In this document: positions 13,540 to 27,057 of the stretch, in pieces | Layout: every line of letters begins with the position of its first letter | Numbering within the stretch: the stretch's first letter is position 1 | NCBI RefSeq assembly: GCF_006345805.1 | Contig: NC_042997.1 | Span: 58,776,001-58,840,000 of the forward strand | Reading direction: 5' to 3' | Length of the DNA: 64,000 nt | DNA from: Octopus sinensis | Lineage: Eukaryota | The notes under the pieces: generated by a model | Database searches by the model: none | Told to the model about the DNA's origin: nothing | The model's input: only the letters and a program-made list of their open reading frames with translations | Translations under genes and position numbers: made by a program

Positions 13540-13700
13540 GGTCCTGGGTATGACATTACACTGCATCCAGTGGTGAAGCTCCATTTCAGGAGTTTTGAAG
13601 TTGTGGGGAGCATGGAGTAACTTCTGAATTACCATTACTCCCAGGACCGTTCTCAACCTGAACGATAGTATCTGTCAGGATCCCATCTATGGATTAAATA
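13540..13700. repeat. Probable interspersed repeat fragment, class unknown
   Basis: ccattactcccaggaccgttctcaacctgaacgatagtatctgtcaggatcccatctatgg resembles a repeat I recall as abundant in octopus DNA. Only one copy is in this window, so it is not internally verified. Confidence 0.3.
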
Positions 13701-14364
13701 GATTTTATAAGGATAGCTTGTGCTCCTTAGCTACGGTGAAAGCAATCTGGAGGAACGAAAATCCAAAATTAATACCCTCTTCCAACAGATCCTAAGCCAG
13801 CAGTGAAAAGTATAATTGATAAAACTAACATGAAATATCTGATGTTGGAGCGCATTCTGCCGCAGACGGACATAGAAGGGATAGATGATTGTTATTACGA
13901 ACAACTCCGGGGATGTTTCGTGCTTATAATATTAAGCTTCCTCAATGTAAACAAGACTGCATTATACAACTTCTGTCATATAAATCTGATGAATATTTAC
14001 AATAGGAAATTATTTGAAAGATGGCGTATGCATGCATGGCTTTGTGACCACGAGATCTTGTGTTCGTTCCCATAGCTTATTATTTTGGGCAAGTGCCTTT
14101 GCCCAAGCTTTACGAATGAATTTCGATGAACAGAAATTGTATAGATGTCCGTCGAATAGATTGAACCTATAATTCAAAGATTCAACATTGACACAGAGGA
14201 TTCACTTTAATTCAGCCTGAGAAGTACATTAATAGTGTAGATGTCTGTAGAATACTCAGCCTCTTCGCAAACGCCATATACAGGAGAAATTAATTAAATT
14301 AATTAAATTAATTAACGTCTCAAGAATGACAAAAAGATGCCAAAAACCTAGAAATAAACATTCT

Positions 14365-14433
14365 AGAATCTGTCCGGCAAGAAATGAATCGGAAAACTAA
14401 CTTACATGATTCATTTCTTGCCGGACAGATTCT
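14365..14433. repeat. Perfect 26-bp inverted repeat with 17-nt loop
   Basis: AGAATCTGTCCGGCAAGAAATGAATC (14365-14390) and its exact reverse complement (14408-14433). Confidence 0.95.
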
Positions 14434-14486
14434 GTCTCTTATAGAAAAAAAGTAAGCGATGCTTCCCATCCTTCCTTCTATTGACC

Positions 14487-14720
14487 ATGGTCTTACGCAG
14501 AATAGGCAACGTAAATACATGTGGCCTGAATAACCTTAGAAGCAGAGTCAATAGCTCAATGCCCTCAGGTCACTAGATATAGATGTGGTGGCCATCAGCA
14601 AGACTAGACTTCCGATCCACAAGCTTTTATGCCTATTTTTGGTAGGTATGAGACCTACTGTCTCCAAGTTGACCGGCATTGAGAGATAGAACTACTGTGT
14701 CGTTTCAGAAAGTTCTGAAT
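14487..14720 (+). pseudogene. L1/Tx1-clade ORF2 5' end (apurinic-like endonuclease), decayed
   Basis: ATG at 14487 reads MVLRRIGNVNTCGL; after a frameshift LRSLDIDVVAISKTRL. These match the NVRGL and D..AI.ETRL motifs of APE domains. Confidence 0.7.
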
Positions 14721-15226
14721 TTCACAATATGGATAATTTTCTTAAACCTAGAAGGTAAGTTGGTGGTATTGCATACAAGCAACATACCACTAAATTATTT
14801 TTCAGACAGGAAACAAAAAATTTTTAAATACAAAGAATGAAAAATTGAAACTTGCAGACAGAGCTCCAAGCGTAAATACTTAGAATTGTACAATGAAAGA
14901 CAGAAACAAAGTATTACTGGAAACAGAAATTTAACTGAAAAGGAAAAAAAATAATAATACGAACTTCTGCTGAAGAACACATCTTTTACAGAGGTGAACT
15001 GTACCTGGTGTTGTTGGCAGCAATGGTTGGGGTGGTGCTGGTAACGATGCTGGTCATAATGGTGATGCTTGTGCTGGTGGTGGGGATGGGTTTCCGTGAA
15101 TCAGCCCAAGGAGAAGGAGACTGTATGTATCAGATATGTCACTGAAGATCAGCGCCCTCATGCTCAATGGATTTACTTGCGATGGGGTGAGAAGGAAGAT
15201 GACACACTTCTGATTTCCAAATAACT

Positions 15227-15531
15227 CTAAATGCCTGTATAGTTGTGTAAAAGCTGACGTTAAGTCAGAGCACAACATGATTTGCCCGATTATCAAACTT
15301 CAAAGGTCAGGTGCACTTTTCCATATCCCTGGGCCTTGTCGATGAAGCACAATTATTATCGCGATATAAATTTTGGAGAAAGCCCAGGCCGATGTGTGGC
15401 AAGATGTGTGCTTCATCGACTAGGCTAAAGGATATGGAAAAGTGCACCCGATCTTTGAAGTTCGCTAATCGGGCAAAGGCATGTTGCGCCTTGGCTTAAT
15501 GTCACTTTTACGCAACTGTACAGGCATTTAG
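15227..15531. mobile_element. Foldback (MITE-like) element, ~125-bp arms, 54-bp spacer
   Basis: 15227-15352 aligns to the reverse complement of 15407-15531, with mostly transition mismatches and a few small indels. Confidence 0.85.
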
Positions 15532-17158
15532 TGAACACTGAAATTATCTTTAATAAGCTATAGCCGGATGGAGGTTTCCATGAAGATCCAGATACTGATA
15601 AACTCCAATATCCACAAGACTATCCAGGAGCTATACTCCATAAAAAATGCGAGAAGATAAGTTAGACTGGCAGTCCAAAACAGAATGTCCTATTGCTGCA
15701 CAAGATAGTAGTATGTGCTATGTACGGATCTTCTGTTTAGAAAGTAAAAATGAAAAGAAAGGAACACCCAGCAGCAAGGGCAGCCGCACCAGTAGAACCA
15801 GAACCCAGGGGTGAAGACCATGGGTGCTTCCTCGTACTCGTTTCCTTTCTCAATGTTCGTCCTTAAATGAAGCAGGCTACATTTCTGACTTCAAATCATA
15901 TTTCAGCCACTTTATGTGAATGGACGCCTTCATCTGCTCGTAGCAACTGTCCGGTTCTGTGCTGGAAAGACTTCTTGGATACTCGAGGATCATCGTCGGT
16001 AGCCTGTATCTATAGCATAAAGAACGGAGTGGCTTCGTTTGCTTCCGCTCTGCTTATGCTCGTAGCTGCGACAGGTGGTATTCTGATAAGAAAGGCAGCA
16101 GCAGCATAGCTTTCACTGCTGAGTTCTGCTGCTTTTCATAAGTCTGTCACTCACATTTTTGGTTTTGCTTTTCCACTTCCTCTAAGTAGAAGATATTCGT
16201 GTAGTCTTTATTACAAGTGTAGCAACTGAGTGTTGTACTCGGCATTACCAGTCTGGTTGACTTCCCTCTACTCTCTCAATACGATAGAGTTCCAGGATAG
16301 CCTTGTGATTATCAGTCAGCAGAACCAGGAGCGGCTTACAGACCCCTCGCAACTACATGATATTGGGGACAATATCTGCCCTCACTATTTGTCCGAGCTA
16401 TTGCAAAAAGATGACAACATGTGAAGGGTTAACGTCTGCATGAATATCGCTGTCTCCGAGTCTCCTATTTCTGAGATCAATGTGCTGTAGTTCCAACACG
16501 CATGTTGGTGCGTGAGGCTTCGTTTCTGCTTGTATCAGCTTCACTTCTAAACTTGGCTCTCAGATTCTTCGTCCAATTCTCAATGTGTCAATGATAATTG
16601 GCAGGATCATGACTTCGTTGTTCTAGAATAGGAGAATTGAAAAATTTCATCCTTGAAGTCAGTGTTCTCTTTATCACATCTTGTTCTTGTTGCTGTTGTT
16701 GTCGTTGTCATTGTTGTTGTTGTTGTTGTTGCTGTTGTTGCTGCTTCTGTTGCTGCTGCTGCTGCCGGTGTTATTTTTTGTTTTTTGCTGTTGTTGTTGT
16801 TGTTGTTGTTTTAGCGTCCGAATAATTCTTGCTCAACAAATTAAAAACATTCTCTGCACAGCATTCGCTCGCGGGTGATTAAAATTTAAGTTTCCAATAT
16901 TTGCTTTCAAATTCTCCGTCACAGTTCCCAAAGCCCCGGTGATAACTGACAGGAGCATGGCCTTGTTAACTTCTTACGCTGCACAAAATGCTCAGCGGGC
17001 GTTTCGTCTGTCTTTACATTCTGAGTTCAAATTCCTCCGAGGTCGATTTCCCTTATATCCTTTCGGGGTCGATAAAATAAGTACCAGTTAGAGACTGAGG
17101 TAAAGGTGATTGACTTACCTTCACCTGAAATGGCTGCCCTTGTGAAAAAATTTCAAGC

Positions 17159-17159
<1 letters not shown>

Positions 17160-17212
<53 letters not shown>

Positions 17213-17232
17213 CATCATCATCATCATCATCA

Positions 17233-17297
<65 letters not shown>
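17160..17297. repeat. (TTA)n with embedded (TCA)n between two family A SINEs
   Basis: Visible tandem units. Confidence 0.95.
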
Positions 17298-17300
<3 letters not shown>

Positions 17301-20300
17301 ACGGCGAGCTGGCAGAATTGTTTGCAAGTCGGGCAAGATGCTTAGTGGCATTTCGTTAGGCTGCACGATCTGAATTCAAATTCTGCTGAGATTGACTTTG
17401 TCTTTCATCGTTTCAGAGTCGATAAAATAAGGACCAGTTGAGTGCTAGGGTTGATGCAATTGACTATCCTCCTCCCAACAAAATTCTGGCTCTGTGCCTA
17501 TAGTAGAAAGGAGTATCATTATTGTTATGATTAAGGCGGCGAGATGGCAGAACTGTTAGCGCGCCGGACGAAGTGCTTAGCCTAGGTCGAATTTGGCTTT
17601 CATCCTTTCAGGGTAGGTAAATTAAGTAATAGTGAAACACTGGGGGGTCGATGTAATCGACTAGTCCCTCCCCTAACATGGCTGCCCTTGTGGCAAAATT
17701 TGAAAGTATTATTATTATTATTATAAAGAAGAGGAGGGTGAGGATTGCATCGTCTTCTTTTATTATTTATATACGATGCATACTTGTATTTCATGTTCTT
17801 TTTTAATATATTCTCATTTGATTTTTCCATATAAATTCCCACATTTTACATATGTCTTTGTGATTTCCCCCTCATTCACTCTCCTGGTGGTAAATTCGAG
17901 AAATTATTATTATTATAGGTATGACTATGGCGGCGAGCTGACAGAATCATCGTCACGCCGGACAAAATACCAGCCCGTCTCTACGTTCTGAGTTCAAATT
18001 CAGCCGAGGTCAACTTTGCCTTTTGATCTTTTTGAAGTCGATAAAATAAGTATCAGTTGATCATTGGAGTCGATGTAATCGACCTAACCCCTCCCCCTAA
18101 ATTGCTGACTTTGTGCTAAAATTTGAAACCAATATTATAAGTATGATAATAATAACACGGTGTAACAAAACTTTTATTTTTTCATTCGTCTTTGGCCAGT
18201 AAGTGTTACTTCGTATTTGCTTCTATCTAGAAATCAAAGGAAAATTACTATTATTCCCTTCAAACTTTGCTTTTGTGACCTGGACATCAATATTTTGAAA
18301 CTGATCTATTTTCCATTACATTTCAGACAGATTCAGCGCTGAGTTGCTTAAGCAGAACTATCATTATAGCAAATATTCTGCTCAATACCACAGATTTGTT
18401 TATTTGTCAGTTGCTTGTCCTTAACTACTTGAGCATGTCTCTTAGTGGCTGACGATATATGCATCTCTGATCATGAGCAGGAATACTGGGGGAGCATCAT
18501 AACCATGTATTGAGAGGGATTCTTTGGGGTTTGAATAAATGTAACAAAAGCAAAGTTTGAGGGAAATATGAGCCATTTTTCATACTTTCTAGAGGTAAGC
18601 AAATAGGAAATAACAGTTGCTACCCAAGGACAAAAATCATGTTATACAATGTAATTATTGTTGTGATGGTAGTTGTTGTTGTTATGCTTTCTTTGCTACT
18701 ACAGCGATCTTTTCAGGAGTGTGGACATGTTCAGACATAGCTCAGCGAAAATTCAGCTTATTGTGTCGGAACTTCAGTAAAACTATTTTTTGAATGATTA
18801 CGATTTAAGTATCAACCCCTCTTACTTTGGCATAGCAAAAATAATGGGACTACTTTCTTGATATTTTTATATTTTTAATTATGTAAACATCTGCTTACTT
18901 GCAAAACTGTACGTCGTCGCCCAACCTACACATCTCCAAATAATGTTAAACAGGTTTTGGAAAATTTTATAAACATGAAGTCAAGTAACAAATCTGATAA
19001 ACTGAAAAACAACAGCAGTCAAACAAGTAAACACAGACATTAGCAGTACATTCACAAAAACAATGAAAATTTCACAAACGGCAACCAAGGTGAAAACAAT
19101 GGCAGCAAATCTTTTGTCAATGCTACCTGCTAAAAAGGAATTCTAAATTAAAGGCCAACTTTAAAAAAGTTAAAAGATTAAGTGACAGGTATGTCATAAA
19201 ATTTACTGCTTTCTTGACTAGTGTTTTTATCAAAGGAATCTAAAGGAGAAACATGATACATCTCTGCTATAAAAAAGTAGGGTGTATTTCAAAACGTATT
19301 AACTAAGATTGGTGGAGTGGCAGAATCGTGAGAGCGTTGGGAAAAAATACTTTACAGTATTTGTCCTCCATCTTTATTCTTTGTATTTCCTCCTTTCGGG
19401 GTCTATAAAATAAAATACCAATGAAGTCGATTTAATCGAGTGATTTCATGCTCCTAAAAATTGCTTGTCTTGTACTTAAACCAGAAACCATTGATTGAAG
19501 AAGAGCACACGGGATTGAAGAATAACATAACTAGTCATCAAGACCGGGAATGAGAAGAATTGACAGGCTAAGTTGGTGTCCTGCACAAATATCAATAGGC
19601 TTGTTTCATATTGTACGAGAATTGCAACAGAGAAAATGAGAATGGCAACAGAGATATTGAAAATAATATAGTCTCTTTATTCTTCATCTTTTGACACAAT
19701 GCAAATTGGGTTGCTGGTGCCAACGTGACCAAAATCGATGTGCGACTGATTGCCATAGAGCCAATACTGTACCTGATTGTGGGTGCGGATAGAAATGCGA
19801 TACGGCTGTTGATGCAAAGCAAACAGCCCAGAAATAAGTGTCACTTGAGGGCTTTCTTCTCTAAAGTTCTGACAAGGCGGAGTGGAGATAGAGAGAGCGC
19901 TGTCGGCAGATGCATATCCAGTATTAACAGGTCCCGGAATTTTCTGCTTCCTGAAAACCTTCGATACTAAGAAAAGTCGCCAGGCCATCGTTGTCAAGCA
20001 ACTGACATTCAGAGAGAGAGAAGAAAGCGATCCTATAAATAGGTCTCTCAGTAGCTCTGCACAATGTAATATCCTCTCCGGTACAAGCCAGAAAATGTGT
20101 TTCAGTGATACAGGATGCTGTATTGTGGGTGCGTGAGAGAAGAATCAACGGAATACTGGATTTTTTGTGCCATAGTAATGAAAGACGAAGGGAAGCTCCA
20201 CATGCGCATTGGATTAATTCATGCCCCTCACAACATACATGAGACGAGGAACTGCCACCGAAGTTGGACACAAAGTAATGGAGGAGTATGACAAAGTGGC

Positions 20301-20488
20301 CAGCAACAAATCCACCTTCAAAATGAAATGGTTGGCGATAACCATTGAGTAGTGCTATTGACAACACCAACAGAAATGGCGAGGATCCCTGATCCGATAC
20401 GTTTCAACAGTGGAATGTAGGTTGTCATTTATTGTAGGAGCAAAAGACCAAACTTTTATAGCCATAACATCGCGCGTCACTTGAAGGG

Positions 20489-20491
<3 letters not shown>

Positions 20492-20587
<96 letters not shown>

Positions 20588-20597
20588 TGTGTGTGTG
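20492..20597. repeat. (TG)n microsatellite; similar run at 45289-45416
   Basis: Visible tandem units. Confidence 0.95.
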
Positions 20598-21099
20598 CTG
20601 AAGAAGAACAATGTATGACGAGCCCTCTCGCTACCAGCACATGTAACACAAAACAGTCACAACTACTAAAGCAATGCAGGCGTCATCGTCATGATCAAGC
20701 AAGCAGAACAATAAACGTGGTATCACTCACTAGCACAAAAAAAAACGACCAAAAAGACATCGAACAAGTACCTTCTTCCAAACAAGAAACGTGCAACAAA
20801 AACAATACAAACAGAAAAAAATCATAAGCACGAGCCATACAGAACGTAAATAAGGCATGCACAGACATGCCAAACAGGCAAACCACTCCTTCATTTCGCT
20901 ATTATAAAAAGAAATAACAATGGGGTTTTCTTTTTATGACAGTCTACAAGAATAAACAGGAAAAATAGAATTAAGCAGATACAGTTTCAAACACATTTTC
21001 AAGCGCATTTAGAAAAATGCAATAAATATAGCAAAATTTTAACTTAAAAGACGATAACGAAAGCACAGTCAACAACAACTCATAAACTGACAGTCTTGT

Positions 21100-21900
21100 A
21101 GGAAGAAAGAAGCTACCAAACATGAGCCAGATCCCAACAAAGGACAAAGTTTAGTGACGCAAAAGAAAAGGAATATGGTTTCCATGTTCTCAAAAGAAAA
21201 CCGATGGTCATCCTGGGAAATGTGTTTTAGCATGTATGCTCCGTCGACTGAGGTAGAAGTGTATGGCTGTTATTCAAGAATAAGAATGAGACGACAGTGG
21301 GGAATGAGAAGACAGCCGATCGGATGGTGTTGCTATATATAAACAGGAAGAACAGAGTCATGGCTAGAGAAAACGTGCTGACGTAGGTCCTTTGTTGTTA
21401 CCTTTCCAGTACAGCATTGGTAGATGTTGCGTATAGAGGTGACCTGCAACATGTGATCAGTAGAGTATGCATGGACATACAGGTGCTAATTATTCCCGAA
21501 AATCACGTGTCTATCCCAAACTTATGCCCATTGTGTGATTGAAAAAGTGGTCTATCAGACTAATGGCGCAAAGCAATCCATTATTATTAAATGTGTGACA
21601 ATACGAATCACATGAAAGTCACCTGCCGTGTGGAGGAAAGAAGTAAGAAAGAAGATAGCAGCAAACAGAAGCAAAAACAGCAGCAACAGTCTGTCCCTGA
21701 GATACAAACAGCTGGAGGGGAGAGAGGGATTATGGCTACTACTGCTTCCACAGTACTTACCGCATAGTACTCCGGAGATGACCAGAGATGAAACAGAGGA
21801 AACGAAAATGTCTCATCCTCAGCAACATCAACAATAGGGTCAACGAGATGAGAGACCCAGAGACCGAAGTTTCTCTTCTTCCTCTAGTACAATGCCAGAC
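21100..21900 (+). pseudogene. Highly decayed L1/Tx1 ORF1-like remnant with CCHC knuckle
   Basis: YY*MCDNTNHMKVTC at ~21582-21626 (C-x4-H-x4-C) followed by Q/K/T-rich low complexity, the same layout as the ORF1 at 55150-56340. Confidence 0.35.
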
Positions 21901-22987
21901 TGAGACTCCGAGCTGCAGTTACAACAGCCTCTTTGTTACTATGAGAAAAAAGATTGACCCTGAAGAAAGGTGGTAAACCGGAGGTGATATAAGATAGAAG
22001 GGGCAAAATATTAACCCAATCTGAAGATAAATATCATTGGATGTAGCTCATGAAGAGATGTTGTCATCATTCTGGAATATATGAAATTAAAATTTTCCCA
22101 AAAGAAGGTGAGCCCTATGGCACTATAAAAGAGTAATTGAACGAAACAAGAGGAATATTGAACACCGAGAACCCCGGAATATAGACTGTTTATGAAATGT
22201 TTCAGTACTTCTCCTGAATAGGAAGGATACAGTTATTTTCTTTGTTGTCTGCAGTATACGAAGTTTTATTAACAGTATCTACAAATTTGACATTAGAACA
22301 TTAGATGAGAGAAGAGATGAGGAAGGCAACCATGATAGATGTAGTAGCGGTGCCGCTAGAGCTGTCGTCTACATCTAATAGATTTGTTCGTGAAAGCAAA
22401 ATATAAAAAATTACTTTTACCGAAAGTTTTTCAGAGAAAGTTAATAAATGAATGTATGTGGTGATTTTGACAACAATAATACCATGATGCAGGACAGAAA
22501 GCAGTAACACAACACCAACAAAACTACTATTTTTAACTATACTTGCAACAACAAATAATAAAAGTGAACAAAACAGCAATATCAATATTTACAAGGCCGA
22601 CATCAAAACAGTTGAAAATGTTACAAAATGTCAATCGAAACAAGTTGCACCAACATCAATATCAATAAGAAAATAGAAAAGAACAATAACATCAAAGAGA
22701 ACAACACTAATAGCAACAGTGATAACAACAGCAACACACGGGTGAATGTCTTCAAAAACAACACCAGTAACATTAACAGCAACTAGAAAGATGAAGACAT
22801 GACCAACACAACAATAGCAAAAACAACAGCGAAAAAGCGTCACAAACTTTATCTTACTTGACAGAAACCTAACAACTAATCATTCGTGTAGTGTACGCAG
22901 AACAGCGAGAGACCAAACAATAACGAATCCCATTCTAAATGTGTTCTGTCAGATTTGAACACCTGATTGTTGTTATTTTTCATCAGT

Positions 22988-23694
22988 GCTATCAACCCTA
23001 AGAGTATTTTATATAAAATTTCTTTAATTTTATATTATCAGTTTTGGTCAGAAGGTGTTCTCTGTTGAAGAAAAACATGAGTGGTCAGATATTCACGTTC
23101 GAATCTGCCAAAACACATTAAAAATGAATGTATACGTTAATTTGGGGATTGTCGCTGCTCTGTTAGGTAGATATCAGTTTGCGTCAGAAAATAATCTGTT
23201 TGCTGATTCCTATAAACATGAGCTTCTGCTCTTGCCAGATTCATCGGGGCGGTAGGGGTATCTTTGATTGATGAGGTACACTAGAGTCGAAACACTCCTC
23301 ACTCTAAATGATGTGTGTTCATAACACACGAGATTCACCGAATGAAGGTGACTTTGAGACACCGCAATGTTTCGACTTTATTGTGTACCTCCTCAAAGTT
23401 ACTCCCACCGGCCTGATGGATCTAACAAGAGCAGGAACTCTTGTTTATAGGATTCAGCAAACAAATTATTATCTGAAGCGTACTGCTAACTACCTAACAG
23501 ATAACTATTCAAACAGTGCACGCAGAGCAGCGGGAACCACGAAAATAATGTATCTATTCATTCTTAATGCGTTTTGGCTAATTCCAACGTGAATATCGGA
23601 TCGCTCTTTTTGTTCTTCAACATAGATCACCTCTTCACCAAAATTGAATATATATGAGTAAAACTTTATGTAAAATAGTCTTAGGGTTGATAGC
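22988..23694. mobile_element. Large foldback element (~310-330-bp arms, 73-bp spacer) with hammerhead-ribozyme motifs at the inner arm ends
   Basis: 22988-23294 aligns to the reverse complement of 23368-23694 (shared blocks gctatcaaccctaaga, gatattcacgtt, tgtttgctga.tcctataaaca, ctgctcttg, gaggtacac, agtcgaaaca). The left arm has a ~25-bp deletion at a ctg microhomology. Confidence 0.85.
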
Positions 23695-24551
23695 GTTGTC
23701 AGGGTCAGACTGAACGTTCACTGGGGAATACAGCTAACTACAAGTATCTAAACGAGAAGTGCAAAATAATTCTCTTGCCCAGGCAGAAAATATCGCTGGA
23801 AAGTATCTGGAGTGTCATTTAGCACCTCAAATAAATAAAACAATATGGTTTAATGAAAGCATTCTTTCGAAGTGAGGAAGAAATGAAAACGTACTAGCAT
23901 CTTGGAAAAATTTTATTTATCCATTTATATGGATCGTCGCTCTATCAAAGAGATTATTCATACTGTACCAATAATATAGGAAGGGTATCGATTGCCTTTT
24001 TCCCATGAAAAATGCCTGAAAACTCAACTGGAAATCCAGGTGTTAAACATATCTGAAAACTAGTTTTCGCATTAGTTCCATAATGAAGGCATATAAAACA
24101 TGATGGTGATAGTAGAATCGGAAAGTTAAAATATTTCAATTATAATGGTATTATTCATCTCATTTCTGTTTCCAGATAAAGTAGCAACAACAAAACAAAT
24201 CCTTTGCTGCCAACACCAGTAACAACAACAAAATCAACATCGATATTGACAACAACGACAACCACATCGACAGAATCTTCGCATCACCTGCTATCCTATC
24301 CAAGAAGTATTCTCCTTCAAACAACAAAAGCATGAACCTCCGATAAAAATGTCGTTACCTTTGCCTTCCTCAAACACGTCATCTACTGATGATGTTAAGT
24401 TCAATCCAAAAATCCCCCTTTGATTTGATTTAAAAGAAAAAAGATGCTTAAATTCTTAAGTGGCCAGTCTTAAATTCACAACATAGAAATGCGTTTGTGT
24501 ATTCAAGTGTCTGTATGTATTTATGTATGTGTGTGTGTGTTGTGTGTGTGT

Positions 24552-24605
<54 letters not shown>

Positions 24606-24999
24606 TGTGTGTGTGATGACTGTACTATTTGATGATGAACGGGATCAACAATAACAAAAACAAGAAGAGTAAATGCAATACCGAAAAAAAGAAGAAACAG
24701 CAACGATTGACAGAGTTGCACAACGACAAAAGAATCAGAAAATGTACACAAAAAGCAACAATAAAGCAATACTCTTCAACTTCATTATTTACAGGAACAA
24801 GCAATATTACAAAAAACAGAAAAGCGATAAAAACACTTCTAAAAATTATGAAGGACAGACTCCAAGTGAGGACAATAGAAGTATATACAATGATAGAGAA
24901 ATACCGAACGGACGTGGATCCGTTTATAAAGATACCAATTCTCTAAATGCTGGTAAGGTCCCTTAGAGAAATCATACAATGCATGGACCGCAGAGTAAG

Positions 25000-26760
25000 C
25001 AGTCTTCTTTCACCTTGAAATTGAGTGCGTTAATGTACATGGCTTAGAAATACCTGGAAGTTTTCAAAGTGTATTGGTTGTTTTAAATTTTCTCGTATTT
25101 TTAAATTATTTGCAGTATCCTTGTTTTTATTCGGTGCTTTCTTATACATAGTCTACATAAACGAACAGCAGTATTATCATTGAAATTGGAAGTACTTTCT
25201 CTTTGTGAATAGATGATTGCAACCAAAATCAAAATCCTCGAAGCTTTAAGCATCTTCTCTGCGATTAAAGTAAACTTAATAAAAGAGTAAAAGATTCTGG
25301 TAGGAAATTTTGCTGATAGTTTTGGCTGGTTTCGGGAATTCAAACGTTAAACAAGAATTCGCAGTGTTAGTATAATATTTCAGGTTGCAAGTACAGACAA
25401 AATCGCTGATATTTTTTAAAGGAATTCGACAAACAAATGATAAATGTAGATGAAATAAACATATTCTGAAAAAGTATATCTTCAACAACTATTTTGTTGA
25501 GAAAGGAGAAAAGAAAACGCAGAATTTAACGTGTAGAAAAGTAGGTTAATACTCTTTTACTTGTTTCAGACATTTGACTGCAGCCATGCTGCAGCACCGC
25601 CTTTAGTCGAGCAAATCGACCCCGGGACTTATTCTTTGTAATCCCAGTACTTATTCTATCGGTCTCTTTTGCCGAACCGCTAGGTGACGGGGACGTAAAC
25701 ACACCAGCATCGGTTGTCAAGCAATGCTAGGGGGACAAACACAGACACACAAACATATACACACACTTATATATATATATATACATATATACGACAGGCT
25801 TCTTTCAGTTTCCGTCTACCAAATCCACTCACAAGGCATTGGTCGGCCCGGGGCTATAGCAGAATACATCTTTTAGAAAGAGAAGTGCCATATGTAGTAC
25901 GAACAGAATTTCAAGGCTTTACGCTTGGATACTAATAGGGCATTTTAGCATTATAACAATAAATTATGGTTCATCAAAGCACATTTTGAAGATTGGCTTT
26001 CAACTTATGTTTTCTCGAATTATTGTAAAACGAACGTTCTTGGTTTCTACGTTTTATAAATTTTAGACACTCTCTGCTGGTGAAAATATGTGAATGATTT
26101 TTGCCCGCATAAATGATATTTCTTTTCTGCCTTTGAATCAAGAGGTATTTGATATATCATAAAACTAAAACTTATTTTTAAGAATAAAAACCTTTGCATA
26201 AGCAAGTAAAATGGGGCAAAATACAAATTTATTAGTTGAATTATGGAAAGAATTCTTTACAAAGAAATTCCATTGAAAATATTAATGAATGATGAGAAAG
26301 TTCCATGGGAATCGATTTTATCTCATTACGCTAACAATTTCACTGTCTATCCTCAACAAATCGAAATTATGGCAGAAATCACTGACGTTGGAAGAGAGAT
26401 TGATTGTGATCTTTGATTTACTTGTATTGTTGTCGGAAGAATTAAATGATCACGACCTTTTTAATGTGGGTCAACAAAGTACCTACAAAGAAGTGGACTA
26501 ACAAAATGTCAATGCAAACGAACAAATAAAGGAAATAACCTCAACAGAATTTTTTTTCTTCATATTTCGCGAATTTGAAAAGTTCAAGCAATGATGTACA
26601 TCGATCCTAACATCGAACGTAACAACACAAGTTCGATATAAACTTACAGGAAGAGCCTCACTGCTACAGACAGATGAATGCAAAGAAAAAGAAAATGATA
26701 GAAATGCAAGTTAAATCATCTTAGTTGAATGTTTTTCAAAGGCATAAATTAGCAAAACGA
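25000..26760 (+). pseudogene. Tigger/pogo-type (CENP-B-like DDE) transposase fossil, interrupted by a family B SINE
   Basis: FADSFGWFREFKR (~25312-25350), INVDEINIF*K (~25440), FEDWLSTYVF..YC..LGF.VL*ILD (~25985-26070), IDPNIER (~26600). Termini not identified. Confidence 0.65.
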
Positions 26761-26986
26761 TATTATTATTTTTTTACGTGGACCACAGCAAAGTGTATTG
26801 ACCGTTTGAGTAGGAAATACACATACGCTATCTTTTATTATAATATTATTATTACTTTTAGGTGGAGGGAGGAAGTCGATTACATCGGCCCCAGAGCTCA
26901 ACTGGTCGACTTCGGCAGAATTTGAACTCCTAACGTAAAGAAGGACGAAATGTTGCTAAGGCTTTTTCCAGCATGCTAATAATAAT

Positions 26987-27056
<70 letters not shown>

Positions 27057-27057
<1 letters not shown>

